64,000 nt of DNA from Candidatus Gastranaerophilales bacterium (GTDB lineage: Bacteria > Cyanobacteriota > Vampirovibrionia > Gastranaerophilales > Gastranaerophilaceae): contig CALURR010000122.1 in the NCBI GenBank assembly GCA_944323195.1, positions 46-64,045 of the forward strand, read 5' to 3'. The notes below the pieces were generated by a model that worked only from the letters and a program-made list of their open reading frames with translations, did no database searches and was not told the origin of the DNA. The translations under genes were made by a program, and so were the position numbers. Each line of letters opens with the position of its first letter. Within the stretch, counting starts at the first letter, position 1. Below, piece after piece: positions 36,692-47,223 of this stretch.

Positions 36692-36832
36692 TTTTCTTGC
36701 CTTTTTTAAATTTTACATTAATAAGATACCATGGAAATTAAAAATAATACAACATTTTATTCAATAGGGCTAAGAACCTTAAAAAGAAAATATTTAAGGC
36801 AATGCCTTTCATTCAATGATACAAGATGGAAT

Positions 36833-37345
36833 TTATTGATCAGACTCAAAATTCTTTTTCAATAATTTCTCGAAATCTGATGGCTTAATATCTTGAATAA
36901 AATTCTTAAATTCTTGTGCCTCTTGTTCATCTTTTTCAACATCTGTTGAAACAGAACCGACAGCCAAAACTGCAGAACTAACAAAAATAGGTACATCAGC
37001 ACGGAGCGCAATTGCTATAGCATCAGACGGACGAGAGTCAATTTGCAATTCTTTTTGCAATTTATCGTTATACATAAATATTGTTGAAAAATAAGTTTGA
37101 TCATCTACATCATTAATCTCAACTTTTGTAATCAAAAATTCTGATTGTTTTGCAATGTCTAAAAATAAATCATGGGTCATAGGTCTTGATGAAGGAATGT
37201 TCTCAATTTTTCTAATTATAGCACTTGCTTCAGCAGAACCAATCCAAATTGGTAGCGCTTTTCTATTATCCAAATCATTTAAAACTACAATAGGTGAACC
37301 GGAACGAGTATCTAGCGCAATACCCATGACTCTCATTTCAATCAT
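36833..37345 (-). CDS. bifunctional nuclease (BFN/DUF151) family protein
   Basis: MRVMGIALDTRSGSPIVVLND...ALPIWIGSAEASAI......SRPMTHDL...RPSDAIAIALR matches the DUF151 pattern. SD is AGGAGA. Confidence 0.8.
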   Translation of the reverse strand: MIEMRVMGIALDTRSGSPIVVLNDLDNRKALPIWIGSAEASAIIRKIENIPSSRPMTHDLFLDIAKQSEFLITKVEINDVDDQTYFSTIFMYNDKLQKELQIDSRPSDAIAIALRADVPIFVSSAVLAVGSVSTDVEKDEQEAQEFKNFIQDIKPSDFEKLLKKNFESDQ

Positions 37346-37479
37346 TAATAATTTCTCCTTTAAAATATAGAAATTATATCATCAAAATAAAGATAAATTT
37401 ACAAATATTTAGACTATTTTTTTAAAAATTAATATATAATATATATAATACTTAACTTTAGGGGAGAATAACAGAAAGT

Positions 37480-39138
37480 ATGGAAACGACAAACTTACTA
37501 TCATTTATAGAAAAAAGAACAAAAGAACTGGAAGATCATATAGCTCTGGGTATTCGTTCAAATTTAGGCTGGAACGAAATGACATTTAAAGGCTTAAGTA
37601 TCTTATCAAGAAAACTTGCAAGCTACATGATAGATATAGGACTAAAAAAAGGAGATAAAGTTGCGATTTTATCTGAATCAATGCCCGAGCTGGGTGCAAC
37701 ATTGTTTGCAAATGTATTATCAGGAGTAGTTAGCGTTCCATTAGATATTAAATTAACAATTCATGAATTAAATCATATTTTATCAGACTGCATGCCAAGA
37801 GCAATCCTTGTATCAAGTTCACATCTAAGCGATGCAATCAAATTAAAAGAAATGATTTCTTCAATCGAACATATAATAATTATTGATGGCAAAGGTGCAA
37901 ATAAAAACTATGTAAATTTACATACCCTTGAAGATATGCCTGACAAGAAATGGCGACACAGAAGCCTTGATAAAACAGCTCTAATTGTATACACATCAGG
38001 CACAACAGGAAACCCTAAAGGAGTTGAAATAACATATAGAAACATCTTCTCCCAAGTTATTGCAGTAGGAAAGTGTTTTAATTTTAATTCAGATGACTCA
38101 ATGCTCTCGATTCTTCCTATGAATCATCTTTTTGAAATATCAGTCGGCTTCATGTCATTTTTAAATAAAGGAGCGTCAATATATTATTCAAATAGCTTAA
38201 AACCAAAAGATATTTTCCAAATAATGCAAGAAAAGAAAATAACTTTCATGGTTGCAGTACCGGCATTCTTAAAATTAATGAAAACAACACTTGAATCTGA
38301 AATAAGACAATATGGTCCATTTAAAAAATTATGGTTCAATTTCAAATATGCTATAGCAAGAACAGCTAAAACAAGATGGCTTTCTAAAATAATGTTTAGA
38401 GAATTAAAAAGAAAATTTGGCGGCAAATTTAAAGGCTTTATGTCAGGCGGAGCTCCGCTAGATATAGAAGTTGCAAAATTCTTTGAAGCAATAGGAATTA
38501 GCATTTATGAAGTATACGGACTATCTGAAGCAAGCCCGATAATCACAATGAACACCGAAAAACACAGAAAACTTGGCTCGGTTGGAAAACCAATTAGTAA
38601 TGTTAAAGTCAGAATAGATAAAGAAACCCATGAATTACAAATGTTTGGTGATAATATCATGAAAGGCTATTATAACAAACCTGAACTTACAAAAGAAGCA
38701 ATCATGGAAGACGGATGGCTTAGGACAGGAGATATTGCAAAAATCGACTCTCACGGATATATATACATTACAGGCAGAATTAAAAACATGATAGTACTTT
38801 CAGGAGGAAAAAAGGTATTTCCAGAAGAGGTTGAAGCAGTTTTAGCAAAAAGCCCATTAATAGAAGAAACGCTTGTATATTCTGATGTAATTAAAACAGG
38901 CTCAAAACAAGGAACAGAAGAGATTGCTGTAAAAATTTATCCTAAAAAAGAAATTATAGAAAAATATCCTGATGATGTTGAATTAAACAAAATCATAAGA
39001 GCAGAAGTTAAAAAGCTATCATTGGAATTATCAAGCTACAAGCGCCCAAATTCAATTATAGTCACAAGAACACCGCTGCCCAGAACGGGAATTTCTAAAA
39101 TATCAAGAAAGAAAACAAAAACAGCGCAACCTGTATAA
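37480..39138 (+). CDS. AMP-dependent synthetase / long-chain fatty acid--CoA ligase
   Basis: AMP-binding signature IVYTSGTTGNPKGVEIT, plus the later YGLSEA and TGDIAKID.HGYIYITGRIKN motifs. Confidence 0.88.
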   Translation: METTNLLSFIEKRTKELEDHIALGIRSNLGWNEMTFKGLSILSRKLASYMIDIGLKKGDKVAILSESMPELGATLFANVLSGVVSVPLDIKLTIHELNHILSDCMPRAILVSSSHLSDAIKLKEMISSIEHIIIIDGKGANKNYVNLHTLEDMPDKKWRHRSLDKTALIVYTSGTTGNPKGVEITYRNIFSQVIAVGKCFNFNSDDSMLSILPMNHLFEISVGFMSFLNKGASIYYSNSLKPKDIFQIMQEKKITFMVAVPAFLKLMKTTLESEIRQYGPFKKLWFNFKYAIARTAKTRWLSKIMFRELKRKFGGKFKGFMSGGAPLDIEVAKFFEAIGISIYEVYGLSEASPIITMNTEKHRKLGSVGKPISNVKVRIDKETHELQMFGDNIMKGYYNKPELTKEAIMEDGWLRTGDIAKIDSHGYIYITGRIKNMIVLSGGKKVFPEEVEAVLAKSPLIEETLVYSDVIKTGSKQGTEEIAVKIYPKKEIIEKYPDDVELNKIIRAEVKKLSLELSSYKRPNSIIVTRTPLPRTGISKISRKKTKTAQPV

Positions 39139-39140
39139 TA

Positions 39141-39164
39141 AAAAAGCCCCATTGGGGCTTTTTT
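39141..39164. terminator. bidirectional rho-independent terminator
   Basis: aaaaaGCCCCattGGGGCtttttt between convergent genes. It overlaps the stop of 39163-40383. Confidence 0.8.
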
Positions 39165-40383
39165 ATTTATTAACTAAATTATCTAAACTTTCTTTAATTT
39201 GTTTTGCAAGATTTTCAATCTCGATTTCTTGCTCTTTTTTAATTGCAGATTTGATAGTTAATTTATTTTCAATAAAATTACTTCCTTTTAATTGAGATAA
39301 CATATCTTGAATAGAATTTCCGCAATTGCAGGCCCAAGAACCATTTTCTATAATTGCATATGTTCTATTTTGTAAATTGTGTTTAATTAAATCAGAAACA
39401 AAATGTTCCATATTAACAAAAACACCATTATTATAAGTTGTTGATGCAATTACGATATGGGAATATTTAAACGCATCAGACAATATAAAAGACCTATGAA
39501 TTTTGGAAACATCATAAATTTTCATATTTTTTATACCTAAATCAGAAAGTTTATAACTCAATACTTCAGCAGCATTTTGAGTACCGCCATATACGCTTGC
39601 ATAAACAATCAACACAGACTTTTCTTCAGGTAAATAATTTGCCCACAAAATATATTTTTCAAATATTTTTGCTATGTTTTTTCGTATAACCAAGCCATGC
39701 AATGGACAAATCATCCCAATTTCAAGATTTTTTGCTTTATTTAATAGCATATTTACTTGTTGACCATATTTACCAACAATATTTGAATAATATCTTCGAT
39801 ATTCAGGTATTTTTTCCATAAAATTAACCTCATCATCAAAAATATTACCACTCAGCGCTCCAAAAGACCCAAAAGCATCAGCAGAAAATAATATACAGTC
39901 AGTCTTATCATAACTAACCATAACCTCCGGCCAATGAACCATCGGCGCCATTAAAAAAGTAAATTCATGTCTACCTGTTTTAATTGTATCGCCTTCTTTA
40001 ACAATTTGAAAATTAGACTCAATATCTTTATCAAACTCAAAAAATTGATATAACATTTGCTTAATTTTAGCATTAGCAACAATTTTAACAGAAGGAAATT
40101 TATCAATAACTTCTTTGATTAATGCGCCATGATCTGGCTCTAAATGGTGTAAAAATAAATAATCAAGATTTTTACCATCCAATAAAAATTCTAAATTTTC
40201 AAAAAATTGTTCAGCAACATGTTTATCAATAGTATCAAACAGAACAGTTTTTTCATCTTTTAAAAAATATGTATTATAAGAAACACCATCTAAAACAGGG
40301 TATACATTTTCAAATAATTCTATTCTTCTATCGTTACAGCCGATATAATATAAATCATCAGTTACTTTTTTAATATTTTTCAT
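39163..40383 (-). CDS. flavodiiron protein (FprA-type metallo-beta-lactamase plus flavodoxin)
   Basis: Diiron motif HHLEPDHGA in a beta-lactamase-like domain and a C-terminal flavodoxin-like domain (VLIVYASVYGGTQNAA). The ATG at 40383 has GGAGG 6 nt upstream. Confidence 0.88.
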   Translation of the reverse strand: MKNIKKVTDDLYYIGCNDRRIELFENVYPVLDGVSYNTYFLKDEKTVLFDTIDKHVAEQFFENLEFLLDGKNLDYLFLHHLEPDHGALIKEVIDKFPSVKIVANAKIKQMLYQFFEFDKDIESNFQIVKEGDTIKTGRHEFTFLMAPMVHWPEVMVSYDKTDCILFSADAFGSFGALSGNIFDDEVNFMEKIPEYRRYYSNIVGKYGQQVNMLLNKAKNLEIGMICPLHGLVIRKNIAKIFEKYILWANYLPEEKSVLIVYASVYGGTQNAAEVLSYKLSDLGIKNMKIYDVSKIHRSFILSDAFKYSHIVIASTTYNNGVFVNMEHFVSDLIKHNLQNRTYAIIENGSWACNCGNSIQDMLSQLKGSNFIENKLTIKSAIKKEQEIEIENLAKQIKESLDNLVNK

Positions 40384-40421
40384 ATCATCCTCCAGATAAT
40401 AACATTTTATCATAAAGAAAT

Positions 40422-42956
40422 TTAAAAACTTATTTCAATGCTTGAGCCTAAATCTGTCTTAGTTGTCAAAATTTGATTTTGTATTCTAGATTTTATATCT
40501 TCCACATGGGAAATTATTCCAACTAACTTATTTGATGAAGACAAATCCCCAATAACATCCATAGCACACTGCAAAGTGTTATAATCCAAAGAACCAAAGC
40601 CTTCATCAATAAATAATGCATCAATTGAAACGTTAGAATAGGCACTTATACAATCAGACAAGCCAAGAGCTAAAGACAAAGCAGCCATAAAGCTCTCCCC
40701 ACCTGATAGTGATTTTGTAGTTCTCTTTTGAAATGTATGGAAATCCATAACTTCAAGTTCAAGACTCTCTTTTGATTGAATAGATGTAAAATCTTTTTTT
40801 CTTAATAGCCTGTATTGATTTTTTGTCATTACTTGAAATCTTTTATTTGCTTCATGCAAAACCATATCAAGATAATAGCCTTGAATATACTGCTCAAATT
40901 CAATTTTTGGTTTTCCAACCATGTCACCATTTGCACATCTGGATAAAATATCGTATTGTGTGTAAATTTTTTCTATTTCAAGATATTTTTTGTAACCTTC
41001 ATTTAATTTTGGTAAAAGTTTTTTATTATTTAAAAATCTGGCATTAATAATATTAAATTTATTATTTAAATCAGCTTTTTTTAAATTGCAATCTGCAATA
41101 ATTTTTGAAATTTCATCATGTGTTGAAATTTTTATTTTTGAAAAATCATCAATCTGTTTTGAAATAACATCAATTCTTGTTTTTAATTCGTTATATAACA
41201 TACTTTCTTTTTCGTAATTTGTTTTTATTGATTTAATTTCAGCAGATAATTCATCCTTTTGAATTTTTAAATTTTCAAAGATTTCAAGATTTTTATTAAT
41301 ATCAAAATTTGTTAAATCTTTATTTAAAACCGCAATCTGTGTTGAATTTTTCTCAATATCGAGATTTAACAATTGATTTTTTTCAATAATTTGCTCATTT
41401 AAATTTTCCAATTCATCAATTTTTAATAAATAGTTAAAATCATCAACATCATAATTTTTGATTTCAATATCAATCTTAAATCTCTTGGACTCTTTTTCAT
41501 ATTCCAAAAATTTTTGCTGTTTTTTTTCATTTAAAATTAAACAATTTTGAGATTTTTCATTCAATAATTTAGATTTTTTTTCAAGGCTAATTTTTATTTT
41601 ATCTAATTCGTCTTTTGAGATTACCTCATCTGCCAATTTAGCTACAACAGGATGATTTGTTGACCCGCAAACAGGACAAGGAGCATTCTTTTTGAGCATT
41701 TTAGCCAATATACCTGCTTGAGAAGAAAGATATTTATCATATTGAATATCATACAATCTGCTTAATTCATCATAATCTTTTTTAAAATTTATAAAATCTT
41801 GTTGGGATTTTTCTAAATTTTCTTCCAAATTTAAATATTGATTTGACAAAAATTTTAAATAATTATTTTTCAAATTTTCAATTTTATCAAAATTTTCTTT
41901 TAATTTTTTTTGATTTTCTTCTAAACTTTTAATTAAAATTTTATTTTTTTCTTCTAAATTTTTAATTAAAATTGAACTCTCATAATCTTTTTTTGATTTT
42001 TCAATTTCCAATATAAGCTCTTTTTCTTTGTTTTCTTTTTTGGCAATTTTGGAAAATTCATCTTTAATTTTTTTAAAAATTTCTTCTTGGGTTTTTAATT
42101 TTATTAACAAGTCATCTTTTTCAGAAATCAACTTTTGCTTATTAAGTATTAATTGAAGTTTTTTTTCATTTTCGATTATTTCTTTATCAACTTCATCCAA
42201 CAAATTTTTAAAAGATTCCAATTCATTTTCATCTAAATCATTTTGATTTTCAATTAATTTCAAAAACTCATCAAAATCAACAATGCAAGAATTATTCGAA
42301 TAATTTTCAATAAATTTATTTAAAACATCGCTATTTGACTCAATATCACAACAATATTGAATAACAGACTTTTTGATTTCATCAAAAGATTTACGATACG
42401 CAATCGATAAAGCTTTTAATCGTTCTTGAAAAATTTTAAAATCATTTGTTTTAAATAAATTCCTGAAAATCTCACTTCGTGATTTTGTATCAGGATTCAA
42501 AAGCTTTAAAAATTCCCCTTGAGCTAAAAGCGCAATTTGAGAAAACTGTGAAGCATTTATATTTAATAGTTCAACAATATAATTATCAACTTCTTTATTA
42601 CCAATTATAGTATTTTTATCAGGCAAAACAAGCAAAGATGAAGTTTTTATCTTACCTTTATTCATCTTCATACTTCGAAAAACTAAATATTTTTCACCTT
42701 TGTGCAAAAATTCTAATTGAACATAAGTTTCAACCTCATCTGAAACATAATGACTTCTAAGATTTAAATTTTTCCTATATTGCCCTGAAGGAACAGAAAA
42801 CAAAGCATATGAAATTGCATCAAATATAGTTGTTTTGCCTGAACCGGTTGCGCCATATATCAGATATATGTTATTTGCACCAAGTTTTTCAAAAGGTATT
42901 TCAACTTTTTGAGGATAAGCACCAAATGCCTGCATAATTAATTTTATTGGGCGCAT
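40422..42956 (-). CDS. sbcC: SbcC-type SMC-like ATPase subunit of the SbcCD nuclease
   Basis: Walker A GATGSGKTT, long coiled coils with a CPVCGS zinc hook, signature SLSGGESF, and Walker B LFIDEGFGSLD. Overlaps sbcD by 13 nt. Confidence 0.9.
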   Translation of the reverse strand: MRPIKLIMQAFGAYPQKVEIPFEKLGANNIYLIYGATGSGKTTIFDAISYALFSVPSGQYRKNLNLRSHYVSDEVETYVQLEFLHKGEKYLVFRSMKMNKGKIKTSSLLVLPDKNTIIGNKEVDNYIVELLNINASQFSQIALLAQGEFLKLLNPDTKSRSEIFRNLFKTNDFKIFQERLKALSIAYRKSFDEIKKSVIQYCCDIESNSDVLNKFIENYSNNSCIVDFDEFLKLIENQNDLDENELESFKNLLDEVDKEIIENEKKLQLILNKQKLISEKDDLLIKLKTQEEIFKKIKDEFSKIAKKENKEKELILEIEKSKKDYESSILIKNLEEKNKILIKSLEENQKKLKENFDKIENLKNNYLKFLSNQYLNLEENLEKSQQDFINFKKDYDELSRLYDIQYDKYLSSQAGILAKMLKKNAPCPVCGSTNHPVVAKLADEVISKDELDKIKISLEKKSKLLNEKSQNCLILNEKKQQKFLEYEKESKRFKIDIEIKNYDVDDFNYLLKIDELENLNEQIIEKNQLLNLDIEKNSTQIAVLNKDLTNFDINKNLEIFENLKIQKDELSAEIKSIKTNYEKESMLYNELKTRIDVISKQIDDFSKIKISTHDEISKIIADCNLKKADLNNKFNIINARFLNNKKLLPKLNEGYKKYLEIEKIYTQYDILSRCANGDMVGKPKIEFEQYIQGYYLDMVLHEANKRFQVMTKNQYRLLRKKDFTSIQSKESLELEVMDFHTFQKRTTKSLSGGESFMAALSLALGLSDCISAYSNVSIDALFIDEGFGSLDYNTLQCAMDVIGDLSSSNKLVGIISHVEDIKSRIQNQILTTKTDLGSSIEISF

Positions 42957-44080
42957 TTATCCTCCCTGATTGAATTATAGGTCTCAATTACAATTTGTTT
43001 TTTATTTTCATCAATTTCAAGTTCAGATTGCAAAGAATAAAAATCAAAAAAATGTTCAACAAGGGTTTTTTGCTTTTTAAGTTCAATATCAAAACTTGTA
43101 TTTAAATTTCTTGTAAAATTATTATCAAAGTCTAAAAGCATTATATTAGGATAAATTAAAGATAACTTTGCCTTTGCATCAATAACATTATCATCGAGCA
43201 AAGTAAAATGAATATAATCGTCTTTATTGATTTCAGAATAAAAATCCTTACTTAAAAAATCATCGATATAACCTTTGTATTCTTTCATATCATGCTTTTG
43301 AAAAATAGGAAAAAGCTTGATTTGTATATCATCTTTTGATTTACAATCTACAATGCAAAAACTCTTTTTTTGATTTATTTCACTAAATGAATATTTTAAA
43401 ATAGAGCCAGCATAGCGTATTTTATCCAAGCCGACCTTTTGAGGGCAATGAAGGTGCCCTAAGGCAATATAATCAAATTTTTTAAATATTTTATAGTCTA
43501 TTTCATCAACACCGCCAACACTTTTTTGTTCACTTTCAGATAATATTGGAGCATTCGAAGAAACAACAAATTGATGAGAAAGAAGTATATTAATTTTTTT
43601 ATTATCTATTTTTGTATTTTTTATTATTAAACTAAACGCATCATTATAGCTTTCAATTTTTTCATCAGGAAAGTATTTTCTAATTAAAGCCGGATACAAA
43701 TATGGCAGAAGATAGATATTAAAATTTTCAAAACTACAACATTCAACCTCACCAATAAAGGGTTTAGATATAAATATATTTGATTTATGTAATAAATCAG
43801 ACAAATAAGCCAATCTTTCCATATTATCATGATTGCCTGATATTATATATGTATTTACATTTAGTGAATTTAATTCAGACAAAAAAGACCCAAATACATC
43901 CATAGCCTCGATTGATGGAATTGCTCTGTCAAAAACATCTCCTGCAACCAAAACAAAACTAACATCTTCCTTTTTGATTAATTCAATTGACTGTTGAAGA
44001 ACAAATTTTTGTTCTTCAATCATCGAAATACCATTAACTTTTTTTCCTATATGTAAATCTGAAAGATGCAGAAATTTCAT
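42944..44080 (-). CDS. sbcD: SbcD/Mre11-type nuclease subunit
   Basis: Calcineurin-like phosphoesterase motifs MKFLHLSDLHIG, GDVFD, GNHD and GHLH. Confidence 0.92.
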   Translation of the reverse strand: MKFLHLSDLHIGKKVNGISMIEEQKFVLQQSIELIKKEDVSFVLVAGDVFDRAIPSIEAMDVFGSFLSELNSLNVNTYIISGNHDNMERLAYLSDLLHKSNIFISKPFIGEVECCSFENFNIYLLPYLYPALIRKYFPDEKIESYNDAFSLIIKNTKIDNKKINILLSHQFVVSSNAPILSESEQKSVGGVDEIDYKIFKKFDYIALGHLHCPQKVGLDKIRYAGSILKYSFSEINQKKSFCIVDCKSKDDIQIKLFPIFQKHDMKEYKGYIDDFLSKDFYSEINKDDYIHFTLLDDNVIDAKAKLSLIYPNIMLLDFDNNFTRNLNTSFDIELKKQKTLVEHFFDFYSLQSELEIDENKKQIVIETYNSIREDKCAQ

Positions 44081-44250
44081 ACAAAAATTAAATCACAAAA
44101 ATAATCAATAAAACAGTTAAAATCATTATAAAAAGTGTATTATATACCATATTTAGTTTTGTAATAGTTTAAATATATTATAGATTTTTTTTCTAAAATT
44201 TGTTAAAATTAATACAGAAGTTGTGTTGTAATAGAAAAGAGTTGATAACA

Positions 44251-44691
44251 ATGAGAGTTCCGCAAATTAACTATTTGGGTAGTTTTGGTGTATTGAAAAA
44301 AAATAATAACAAAACAGTGGAAGAACCAATAGAAAAACCGCTTCCAATAGAACATGATACTGTGACATTTGCCGGAAAATCAAAATATATAAAAAAATAT
44401 GAAACACTTCCTGAAGAAATCAAAGAAATTCTAAGCCCAAAGGATGCTATAGATATGTTTCAAAACATGGATTTTCTAACACAAGGGAAGATAAAAGGAA
44501 AAGAAATAGGCCATGGTGATTCACTAAAAGTTTATGAAAACCCATGGCTAAAAGGATATGATATATTGATTTTAAACGATCCGAAAGCACAAAAACAAAC
44601 AATATATTCTACAAGTACTTTTGGTGATTCTGTCTGGTGCGACAAGGATAATACAAAAATACAAATAATCAGAAATATCACCGCGGCTTAA
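44251..44691 (+). CDS. hypothetical protein (146 aa)
   Basis: ORF with an ATG at 44251; the ORF track used the TTG at 44200. No signal peptide or recognised domain. Confidence 0.45.
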   Translation: MRVPQINYLGSFGVLKKNNNKTVEEPIEKPLPIEHDTVTFAGKSKYIKKYETLPEEIKEILSPKDAIDMFQNMDFLTQGKIKGKEIGHGDSLKVYENPWLKGYDILILNDPKAQKQTIYSTSTFGDSVWCDKDNTKIQIIRNITAA

Positions 44692-44729
44692 TATTTGGCA
44701 TTTTAAAAGTATTCATATATACTTAAAAT

Positions 44730-46598
44730 ATGAAAATAAATGAAAAATCAAAATATATTTTATATATTGTACTTTTCATAATTTTTGCACTGGTTAGATA
44801 TAGCTATATGACATCAACAATAGGTTTTGTTGATCAAGATTTTAAAAGTATAGCTATAGCTTCATCTTCTTTTCCGTTTGGAATAATAAAAAACTGTGCC
44901 ATTATGGATTATTTTTCGCCGATTTATTATTTTATTTTGCATTTTATCCTGTTTATATCCAAAAATGAAATTTTCATACGCTCATTCAACGCAATTTTAG
45001 GCATAGTAAATATTTTTGTACTTATAGACATAGGCAAAAAACTTCAAGGAAGAAAACTCGGAATTTTTCTTGCAATTTTTTTGTCAATAAATCATTTTTA
45101 CTTATACTACAGTAATCTTATTACACCTTATTGTCTTGATTTTTTAATAGGAAGTTTTTTAATAAATTCTTTACTGGATTTTATTAAAAAACCGAATAAA
45201 AAACATTTTAAACAACTCAACATATTTAACTGCGCTTTTATTTTAATTAACCCGATTAACTGTCTTTATATCATAGCAGAATTTATAATCTTCTACTTAA
45301 TAACAGAAAAAAAACCATATTTCAGAAAAACAACTTTAAAACTTGCATTTAGCTCAATGATAGCCTTTTTAATAATTTTTCCGCTTGCAATTTTTCAATC
45401 GGTAACAATAAGCAAAATGCTGATTCCTGCCAATCTTAACGGCATAGGTTTAAATTTATCATCACTTGGTTTAATGATAAATGAATATATAAGTCCTTAT
45501 TTAAGTTTTATCTCTCCTGAAATCCAAACAAAAACAACTCTTGGAATGCTCTATAGCTTCTTTTTAAATGCAGACTACAAAAATATAAACACAATTAAAA
45601 TCTTAATAACATTGTTCTATAGCTCAATTCTACCCTTGCTGATTGCAGTTATTTTCACATTTAGAGCATACAAAAAAGATTATCGACTCAGAATTCTTTT
45701 TCTTTTAGCCATTATAAATCTTGGTTTTATTTTAATATTAAACGTATATGAAAAACTGGATGTAAGCCCAATATACTGCACGCAATTTTTTATAACATGC
45801 ATAATTTTACTTGGATATGGAATATTCAGTATAAAAGACACAATATTTCAATCTCTGGTTATATTCTGTATTTTAACAATACAATTTATAAATCCTGAAA
45901 TCAATTCATTTAACATATCTTTAAACAAAAAGTATGCAACAATAAATGTTTTAAATATTTACACAAAAAATTACGAAACAACCAAAGAAGATGTAATAAT
46001 AATGCCCTATATGGGAAATTTTGCAAAACTTTATTATAAAGATTTGAATTTTATGGATTTTGACTATTCAATGCTGCAAAAAAACTCAAAAAATTGCTTT
46101 ATTAAAGAACTTGTAAATAAAAAAACCAAAACAATAAATAAAAACAATATATTTCATCTGCTAAACGACTATCTTTTATTTAGGGGCGAGAGCGAATATA
46201 TTACAAGATATTTTGCCGAAAAACTAATAGAAAGCAGCGAAGAAAAAGAAGGAAAAATTATATTATTTGTAGACAAATTAAATTCAAAACCATTATCAGT
46301 AAATAGTATAGAAAAAATTGCCCTGAATGAAAAATATTCACCAAAATTAAGAAAAATAAATCTAGCCAGACCTGATATGTCAAAAAACCAATCCAAAATG
46401 TTATTTGATGCATTAAAATCAAAAGTACTTTATCAATTTATTGATTTATTGCAAAGAAATTTTTACTGCACAAAAATAATTGAATACAAAAAAATAGATA
46501 ACGACTACTACGAAATAAAAAACAACACAAAAAATATAGTAAAAGCCATAAACTCTTTTGACAGTGATTATGTATTTATTGTTTTTAGTAAATTTTAA
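44730..46598 (+). CDS. polytopic membrane protein, GT-C-fold glycosyltransferase-like (GT39/GT83, PMT_2-like)
   Basis: An early loop Asp (FVDQD), then about 12 TM helices with the spacing typical of ArnT/PMT_2 proteins, then a soluble C-terminal domain of about 230 aa. Confidence 0.55.
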   Translation: MKINEKSKYILYIVLFIIFALVRYSYMTSTIGFVDQDFKSIAIASSSFPFGIIKNCAIMDYFSPIYYFILHFILFISKNEIFIRSFNAILGIVNIFVLIDIGKKLQGRKLGIFLAIFLSINHFYLYYSNLITPYCLDFLIGSFLINSLLDFIKKPNKKHFKQLNIFNCAFILINPINCLYIIAEFIIFYLITEKKPYFRKTTLKLAFSSMIAFLIIFPLAIFQSVTISKMLIPANLNGIGLNLSSLGLMINEYISPYLSFISPEIQTKTTLGMLYSFFLNADYKNINTIKILITLFYSSILPLLIAVIFTFRAYKKDYRLRILFLLAIINLGFILILNVYEKLDVSPIYCTQFFITCIILLGYGIFSIKDTIFQSLVIFCILTIQFINPEINSFNISLNKKYATINVLNIYTKNYETTKEDVIIMPYMGNFAKLYYKDLNFMDFDYSMLQKNSKNCFIKELVNKKTKTINKNNIFHLLNDYLLFRGESEYITRYFAEKLIESSEEKEGKIILFVDKLNSKPLSVNSIEKIALNEKYSPKLRKINLARPDMSKNQSKMLFDALKSKVLYQFIDLLQRNFYCTKIIEYKKIDNDYYEIKNNTKNIVKAINSFDSDYVFIVFSKF

Positions 46599-46719
46599 TT
46601 ATTTGTAAATTTTTATTACAAATTTTGTAATTATACTTATTTTTTTAAAAAAAATGCCGAACAACTAACTAAGAAGGTTGACTTTAAGGTTAGTTTAATT
46701 AAATTAGGAAAAGAGAGAT

Positions 46720-47223
46720 ATGACAATAAGTTCTATTAATTTAGCAATGAGCGCTTCATCATATGGCGCATACAACCAAAAATTAACCAATTCAACAAAA
46801 GCAGAATTGGAAAAATTGGGCATACAATATAATCCGAATATAACAGAGGCAGAAGGCAAAAAACTTCTTGCACAAGCAAAAACACAAAATGCAAAAAATA
46901 ATTCGGAAAACTCAATGACACAAAATAATCAAAAAGACAGTCTTTTTGAAAAAGCTAAAAAATTAGCCCAAGAGCTAGGAATCAATGTTGATGAAAAACA
47001 AAACTTTGAATCATTATTATCAATAATAGAAAATACTCTTGAACAAAAAATACAGCTCAACTCAAATAACGAAGAAATGCTTAAAAAACTTGAAGGTTTA
47101 AGCAGAGAACTTGCAAATATACAAGCGCAATCTAACGGCTCATCAGGCTATGATTCAACTAATCAAGCACTAATGACAAGTCTCGAAATGCTTTCACAAT
47201 ACAATAAAACATTCTTATATTAA
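46720..47223 (+). CDS. hypothetical helical protein (167 aa)
   Basis: SD is AGGAAAAGAGAG. Polar Asn/Gln/Lys-rich sequence with no signal peptide or recognised domain. Confidence 0.5.
   Translation: MTISSINLAMSASSYGAYNQKLTNSTKAELEKLGIQYNPNITEAEGKKLLAQAKTQNAKNNSENSMTQNNQKDSLFEKAKKLAQELGINVDEKQNFESLLSIIENTLEQKIQLNSNNEEMLKKLEGLSRELANIQAQSNGSSGYDSTNQALMTSLEMLSQYNKTFLY

Noticed and set aside
40422-44080. SbcC/SbcD pair considered as a possible phage-defence module (Lamassu, Wadjet or Gabija-like SMC/nuclease systems).
   Set aside because: Both proteins have the full canonical SbcCD/Rad50-Mre11 motif set, including the CPVCGS zinc hook and the phosphoesterase motifs. No extra defence-type partner genes are adjacent. 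This is ordinary housekeeping repair.
44470-44560. Protein-kinase-like glycine-rich loop (IGHGDSLKVYE) in the 146-aa orphan.
   Set aside because: No VAIK lysine, HRD or DFG motifs are present, and the protein is too short to be a kinase domain. The resemblance is probably fortuitous.
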